Source: Planctomycetota bacterium (GTDB lineage Bacteria > Planctomycetota > PLA2). Taken from it: DNA of 64,000 nucleotides. Below the pieces are notes generated by a model. The model saw only the letters and a program-made list of their open reading frames with translations, had not been told where the DNA came from and did no database searches. Both the position numbers and the translations under genes were made by a program. The stretch spans positions 4,490 through 68,489 of the forward strand of contig JAJFFH010000008.1 of NCBI GenBank assembly GCA_021776735.1, written 5' to 3'. Below, one piece after another: positions 59,496 through 64,000 of this stretch (its first letter is position 1; each line of letters opens with the position of its first letter).

Positions 59496-60383
59496 CTACT
59501 CGAAAACCTCGCCGATCTCTCGCACCACCGGGTGCTGTCCGTCCCAGACCATCGCCCGCGCCTCGGTCAACACGCACGCCGACAGCGTGGTTCCGAGGAC
59601 CGCGGCCAACGACAACGTCGGCCATCGCAGCGGCTCGAATCCGTACGCGGCGGCGGTCACCAGCGCCTGGAGTACGAGCACGAGCGCGAGGCAGCCAAGG
59701 ACGGCGATGCTGGTTCCCCGCGACGGCCGGGCGCGGGACTCGAGAGCCCCCTTGAGGGTCATACCGTCCACGGCGATCAGTGGCAGAATCAGCCAGGAAC
59801 GCGTCCCCACCCAAACGACGAACACATACCAGCCCACGGCGGCGACCCCGACGCCGGCCTCGCCGAGAGTGTCCAGGAAGAGTCCGGAAAACAGTCCGGC
59901 AACACCGAAGAACAGGGCACCGGCCATGGAGTAAAACCAGATCGCGAGCAGCCCCAGCAGGGCGACGCGCACCGTCGATGACGGCGGCAGGCTGAACCGG
60001 AAGAACTGACGCCGAGTCTCTGCGGCGTGCAATCCGGCGGCCAGTACGGCGGTTGCCACAGACCATGCCGCCGGACTGGCGATCAAGATCAGAAGTATCA
60101 CGCCGGACGGTCCGCTTGGCCGATCCCCAAACATCTCGGCGAACGTCACCCAGACGCCAGCCGGAAAGTGGATGTAGCCCGCGAGAAGCGACGCCCCCGC
60201 GCGCGGATCGACACGGACAAGCCAGGGAGCAGCGAGCACAGGTGCACAGACCACGAGCCCCACGAGGTGCAGCGGCACGAAATGGCGTCGCCATCGCATG
60301 AGCGAGCGCCGCCGAAGGGTTGAGAAAAACTCTTCCCCCCCGCGCCCCCCCAACTCGATCTCGTCCGGATTCGCCATCGTCAA
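59496..60383 (-). CDS. integral membrane protein (about 7 TM)
   Basis: 295-aa ORF with repeated hydrophobic segments. ATG 60377 is an alternative start. No family recognised. Confidence 0.65.
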   Translation of the reverse strand: MTMANPDEIELGGRGGEEFFSTLRRRSLMRWRRHFVPLHLVGLVVCAPVLAAPWLVRVDPRAGASLLAGYIHFPAGVWVTFAEMFGDRPSGPSGVILLILIASPAAWSVATAVLAAGLHAAETRRQFFRFSLPPSSTVRVALLGLLAIWFYSMAGALFFGVAGLFSGLFLDTLGEAGVGVAAVGWYVFVVWVGTRSWLILPLIAVDGMTLKGALESRARPSRGTSIAVLGCLALVLVLQALVTAAAYGFEPLRWPTLSLAAVLGTTLSACVLTEARAMVWDGQHPVVREIGEVFE

Positions 60384-60387
60384 CGAT

Positions 60388-60393
60388 TAGGAT
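60388..60393 (+). promoter_or_regulatory. -10-like hexamer TAGGAT, 7 nt before GTG 60401
   Basis: Supports GTG 60401 as the start. The bottom strand also carries TATCCT (60389-60394) facing the divergent membrane gene. Confidence 0.45.
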
Positions 60394-60400
60394 AACGTGC

Positions 60401-61225
60401 GTGATCCTCGACGGCGGATTGGCGACTGAACTCGAGGCGCGCGGGCATGACCTCTCCGACGCGCTCTGGTCCGCGCGCCTTTTGCGCGAGCGGCCGGACG
60501 AGGTGTTGGCGGTGCACCGCTCGTTCGTGAACGCGGGCGCGGAGTGCGTCACGACGGCGAGCTACCAGGCGCACACGGACAACCTCGGCGCGGGCGCAAG
60601 CGCGCTCCTGCTCCGGTCCGTGGAGCTGGCGCGCGCGTCCGGAGCAAGAAAGGTTGCCGCCAGCGTCGGTCCCTACGGTGCGGTGCGGGCCGACGGCTCG
60701 GAGTACTGCGGCGACGACGGCCTTACCGTGGCCGAACTGCGGGACTGGCACGAGGAGCGCTTGCGCGTGCTGGACGGCGCGGGCGCCGATCTTCTCGCGT
60801 GCGAAACGCTGCCGTCGCTGCGCGAAGCACGCGCCCTGGCGCGACTGCTCGATCAAACGCCGGCATGGTTCAGTTTTTCGTGCCGCGACGATGAACACGT
60901 GAGCGACGGCACGCCGCTGGCCGAGTGCGCCGCCGCGCTGGCTGAGTATCCGCAGATCGTGGCCTTGGGCGTGAACTGCGTGCCGCCGCGCCTCGTGGCA
61001 GCGCTCCTCGCTCGTCTCAAGACCGACAAGAAACGTGTTGCCTATCCGAACTCGGGCGAGAACTGGGACGCGGGCTCCCGCCTCTGGACCGGCGAAAGAA
61101 ACGCCGGGGACTTCGCCAAGATGGCCGCAGCGTGGCCCGCGGACTGGATCGGCGGCTGCTGCCGGGTGCGCCCGCAACACATTCGCGCCCTGAGCGAGGG
61201 CACCGACATCGCCGTCCGTACCTGA
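60401..61225 (+). CDS. mmuM: homocysteine S-methyltransferase
   Basis: VILDGGLATELEARGHDLSDALWSARLLRERPDEVLAVHRSFVNAGAECVTTASYQA, and a C-terminal zinc-ligand context IGGCCRVRPQHIRAL. Confidence 0.85.
   Translation: MILDGGLATELEARGHDLSDALWSARLLRERPDEVLAVHRSFVNAGAECVTTASYQAHTDNLGAGASALLLRSVELARASGARKVAASVGPYGAVRADGSEYCGDDGLTVAELRDWHEERLRVLDGAGADLLACETLPSLREARALARLLDQTPAWFSFSCRDDEHVSDGTPLAECAAALAEYPQIVALGVNCVPPRLVAALLARLKTDKKRVAYPNSGENWDAGSRLWTGERNAGDFAKMAAAWPADWIGGCCRVRPQHIRALSEGTDIAVRT
61205..61222 (+). repeat. ATCGCCGTCCGT motif copy (exact core 61208-61219, top strand) forming the last codons of mmuM
   Basis: GACATCGCCGTCCGTACC encodes the C-terminal tail ...DIAVRT before TGA 61223-61225; 7 nt left of MITE copy 2. 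Confidence 0.9.
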
Positions 61226-61229
61226 CGTC

Positions 61230-61441
61230 TAGGCTCTGTTTGAAGAGTCGCCTGGCTTCGGCCGGCTGCGGCTGCGCCTGGTCGCTCGCCTGCGGCTCAC
61301 GACCCGGTTTCGCGCGGCGAAACCGGGCTGCGTCGCGCTTCCTCGATGTGCCTCTCGGTTGGCACGACTTCGTCAGCGCTCCTTGCCTGACTTGTCCTCG
61401 CTCGCCCTCGGGCCTTACGCCGACTCTTCAAACAGAGCCTA
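61230..61441 (-). mobile_element. MITE-like non-autonomous element, copy 2 (212 bp, inverted relative to copy 1)
   Basis: Perfect 21-nt TIRs TAGGCTCTGTTTGAAGAGTCG. Flanked by direct CGTC (61226-61229 and 61442-61445). Removing the element and one CGTC restores the perfect palindrome CCTGACGTCAGG, which contains both convergent stop codons. Confidence 0.8.
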
Positions 61442-61443
61442 CG

Positions 61444-62214
61444 TCAGGCAGGCCACGAGAGGTTCGCGAGCGAATTCAGCACGAGGTCGGGCGTAACCGT
61501 ACCGTTCAGGTCGCCCGGCTGGAACTTGCCCGTCTTCACGAGGGCGCCCTTGAGGCCCGCGCGTTGCGCACCGCCCACGTCGGAGTTGATGTCGTCGCCG
61601 ATCATGAGCACCTGCGCGGGCTCGAGGCCGAGCCGATCGACCGCCGCGTGGAAAAATCCGCCTGCCGGCTTGCCGAGGACGACGGCCTTGCGGCCCGTGG
61701 CGTGCTCAAGCGCGACCACGAACGGCGCGACGTCGAGCGAAACGCCCTCGGGCGCCATCCAGTACCGAGTCATGCCGAGCGCGACCAGCACCGCCTCGGG
61801 GTCGGCGTGCAGATAGCGAAACGCCTTGTTGAGTACCTCATAGGTCCACTCGCTACCGAGATCCCCGACGACGACGTACCGTGCGTTTTCCCGTGCGCGT
61901 TCGATCCCCTGGAATTCGATGCGCGCCGCCGTGCGCAGAAACAGCGCCGCGGGCCCGGGCGGTTGCGCGCGAAGCCACGCCGCCGCAGCGACCGCGGGCG
62001 TCAGAACATGCTCGGCGGAGGTCTCGATCCCAAACATCTGGAGCTTGCCGACGAGCGCTGCGCGCGGTCGCGAGGTCGTGTTCGTGACGAATAGATGCGG
62101 CACCCTGCGTTTCTGAAGCGCCCGCACGGCCGCAGCCGCGCCAGCAACAGGCTCCTCGCCGTGGTACACCACGCCATCGAGGTCGAAGAGGACGCCGCGC
62201 AGATCAGGATTCAC
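61444..62214 (-). CDS. HAD-superfamily subfamily IIA hydrolase
   Basis: Motif I VLFDLDGVVYHG, FVTNTTSR, and motif IV MIGDDINSDVGGAQRAGLKGALVKTG. Confidence 0.85.
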   Translation of the reverse strand: MNPDLRGVLFDLDGVVYHGEEPVAGAAAAVRALQKRRVPHLFVTNTTSRPRAALVGKLQMFGIETSAEHVLTPAVAAAAWLRAQPPGPAALFLRTAARIEFQGIERARENARYVVVGDLGSEWTYEVLNKAFRYLHADPEAVLVALGMTRYWMAPEGVSLDVAPFVVALEHATGRKAVVLGKPAGGFFHAAVDRLGLEPAQVLMIGDDINSDVGGAQRAGLKGALVKTGKFQPGDLNGTVTPDLVLNSLANLSWPA

Positions 62215-63293
62215 TTCAAGGACAACGACCGCGAGGAAAACGCCAAGCCGTCCGGCTCACGCCCGGTCTCATACCGGGCGATCACCTTGAACGTCTTCAG
62301 GTCGATCACGGCGAGCCGATCGTAGCCGCCGTTAGCGACGAAAGCGTGCCGTCCATCCGGTGCCAGCACGATCCCGATCGGCATGGGCCCGCGCCGCCGG
62401 CCAAACATCGTGCCCCGATCGCCCTTCTCCAGCTCCTCGACGCGCATCGTGACGCGCTTGATCACTTTGCGCGCGGCCACGTCGAGCACCGCGACATCGG
62501 CGGAGAGCGCGCACGACACGAGCGCGTGCTTGCCATCCGCGGCCATCGCAATGCGAATCGGAAAGCGGGGACAGGGAATCTGCGCGACAACCTTGAGCTT
62601 CGTGGCGTCCACAACACTGATGGTGTCGGCCGCCCTGTTGGTGACCCAAATCTCGGCCCCACAGGGACGGACGGCGATGCCTTCGGCGCCGCGGCCGGTC
62701 GGCACCTGCTTGATTACCTCGCCCTTTTCCAGATCGATCGCCGTCATCGAATGCGACATGATGTTGGCCACGTAGGCGCGCTTGCCTTTCGGCCCGAGCG
62801 CGACCATGTGGCTGAGCCGAGCGCCGGTATCGACGGCCTTTTCCACCTTGCCCGATTTGACGTCTACCACGAGCAGCGCCCGGCTCGCCTCGGCGGTCAC
62901 GACCACGCGTGCGCCATCGGGCAAAAACGCAATGCCGTGCGGCCGCCGGTAGTCGCCGAGCTCGATCGTGCTGGTCTTTTGGAACTTGACGATGTCGTAG
63001 ACCGTGAGGGTTCGCCCGGCCTGCCCGCGCACGCCGTAGTTGCACGCGACCGCCGTCTTGCCGTCCGGCGACACCGCGATCTCGTGCGGGCCGGCGTCCG
63101 TCGGCAGCGTCTTCAGCGGCAGCCCGCTCGTCCGGTCCAGGATCGACAGCGTGTTGCCGCTCTTGTTGAGGATCAAGACGACGCCCCCGCCCCCCCTCTT
63201 TGCTTTTTTTTCTTGGGCCCCGACTTCCCCCTCCGCCCGACCGAGGCCGGCCAGAAGGACCAAGAACAGAACGGCCCGCACGCACGCGTCCAT
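62211..63293 (-). CDS. secreted YVTN-family beta-propeller repeat protein
   Basis: Signal MDACVRAVLFLVLLAGLG. Repeated blades have P-x-G/E-I-A-x-x-P-D-G-K (PHEIAVSPDGKTAVACN, PHGIAFLPDGARVVVT, AEGIAVRPCGAEIWVTN, PIGIVLAPDGRHAFVAN). Confidence 0.85.
   Translation of the reverse strand: MDACVRAVLFLVLLAGLGRAEGEVGAQEKKAKRGGGGVVLILNKSGNTLSILDRTSGLPLKTLPTDAGPHEIAVSPDGKTAVACNYGVRGQAGRTLTVYDIVKFQKTSTIELGDYRRPHGIAFLPDGARVVVTAEASRALLVVDVKSGKVEKAVDTGARLSHMVALGPKGKRAYVANIMSHSMTAIDLEKGEVIKQVPTGRGAEGIAVRPCGAEIWVTNRAADTISVVDATKLKVVAQIPCPRFPIRIAMAADGKHALVSCALSADVAVLDVAARKVIKRVTMRVEELEKGDRGTMFGRRRGPMPIGIVLAPDGRHAFVANGGYDRLAVIDLKTFKVIARYETGREPDGLAFSSRSLSLK
62664..62681 (-). repeat. ATCGCCGTCCGT motif copy (exact core 62667-62678, bottom strand) inside the YVTN CDS
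   Basis: Encodes GIAVRP of one propeller blade. It may be codon-driven convergence, although CGT is a rare Arg codon here. Confidence 0.6.
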
Positions 63294-63298
63294 GGCCG

Positions 63299-64000
63299 TC
63301 ACCCTCCGATGCGAAACATCTCGATGCGTTCGCGGCGCTCGGTGTGTTCGGTGCGGTCGTCGCTGTAGCGATCCGTGCGCGCGCCCCAGACGCCAGCCAG
63401 GAACTCGCGCAGCTCGCCATCGGCTGCACCGTCGCGCAGGCGCGTGCGCAAATCGGCGCCCTCGCTGCCGAACAGGCACGTAAAGAGTCGGCCCTCCGGT
63501 GTGAGGCGCGCGCGTGTGCAGCCGCCGCAAAACGGCTGCGTGACCGACGCGATGATGCCGATTTCGCCTGCGCCGTCGCGGTAGCGATAGCGGCGGGCGG
63601 TCTCGCCGGGATAGTTCGGTTCCACCGGCTCGAGCGGGAACGCGGCAGCGATCAGATCGTGGATTTGCTGCGCCTCGATGACCTGGCTCTTGTCCCATCC
63701 GTTCAGCGTGCCAACATCCATGAACTCGATGAAGCGCACGATGTGCCCGGTGCCGCGAAAGTAGCGGGCGAGATCGACGAACGTGTGGTCATTGACGCCC
63801 CGCTGCGCGACGCAGTTGATCTTGATCGGCGCGAGGCCCACACGCTCCGCCGCTTCGATGCCGGCAAACACGGGCGCGACGCCGTGCTTGCGTCCGCTCA
63901 TCTTCTTGAGCACCTCTTCATCAAGACTGTCGAGGCTGACAGTCACACGATCGAGTCCCGCGTCGCGCAGCGCGCCGGCCCAACCCGCGAGCAGGGAGCC
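63299..64000 (-). CDS. moaA: GTP 3',8-cyclase MoaA (radical SAM), C-terminal part; 5' end outside window
   Basis: RVTVSLDSLD, IKINCVAQRGVNDH, VRFIEFMDVG, FCGGCTRARLTPEGRLFTCLF, ...RIEMFRIGG. The frame stays open to the window edge. Confidence 0.9.
   Translation of the reverse strand, partial: GSLLAGWAGALRDAGLDRVTVSLDSLDEEVLKKMSGRKHGVAPVFAGIEAAERVGLAPIKINCVAQRGVNDHTFVDLARYFRGTGHIVRFIEFMDVGTLNGWDKSQVIEAQQIHDLIAAAFPLEPVEPNYPGETARRYRYRDGAGEIGIIASVTQPFCGGCTRARLTPEGRLFTCLFGSEGADLRTRLRDGAADGELREFLAGVWGARTDRYSDDRTEHTERRERIEMFRIGG

Overview
High-GC (about two-thirds G+C by eye, not computed) bacterial chromosomal segment with about 60 protein genes and no rRNA, tRNA or CRISPR that I could see. The lineage cannot be assigned from sequence alone. 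Ser/Thr-kinase-FGE fusions, ECF sigma factors beside kinases, a PEP-CTERM protein, a Tat-signal aldo/keto reductase and many lipoproteins are reminiscent of Planctomycetota- or Myxococcota-type genomes, but this is speculative.

Housekeeping and transport content:
- fused 2-oxoacid dehydrogenase E1 alpha/beta
- M20 dipeptidase
- iron/cobalamin-type and sulfonate/nitrate-type ABC systems
- homocysteine S-methyltransferase, a HAD hydrolase and a MoaA fragment

Accessory and decaying content (about 17.8-25.6 kb):
- an intact HEPN/MNT toxin-antitoxin pair
- a frameshifted GHKL ATPase
- a broken TPR-CHAT gene
- an SNF2 fragment
- an internally deleted aldo/keto reductase

Main observations:
1. A non-palindromic 12-mer, ATCGCCGTCCGT, occurs 20 times exactly, plus variants. 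Copies sit mostly at gene boundaries, at the edges of segmental duplications and next to both copies of a MITE-like element.
2. Three genes carry an in-frame TGA at a redox-Cys position. They are AhpD-like (CxxU), thioredoxin-fold (UxxC) and a BNR/sialidase-like protein coupled to a MoaD-like gene, so the organism probably uses selenocysteine.
3. A membrane-anchored TIR protein lies next to an LRR lipoprotein. The LRR gene is bracketed by direct repeats of about 130 bp.
4. A composite repeat locus (57.7-59.5 kb) combines hexanucleotide microsatellites with an 86-nt structured unit around two divergent Avd-like four-helix-bundle genes.
5. About 20 genes have a TAnnnT hexamer 6-9 nt upstream of the start codon, implying leaderless mRNAs.

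Functions are inferred from motifs I recognise in the translations. No searches were run.
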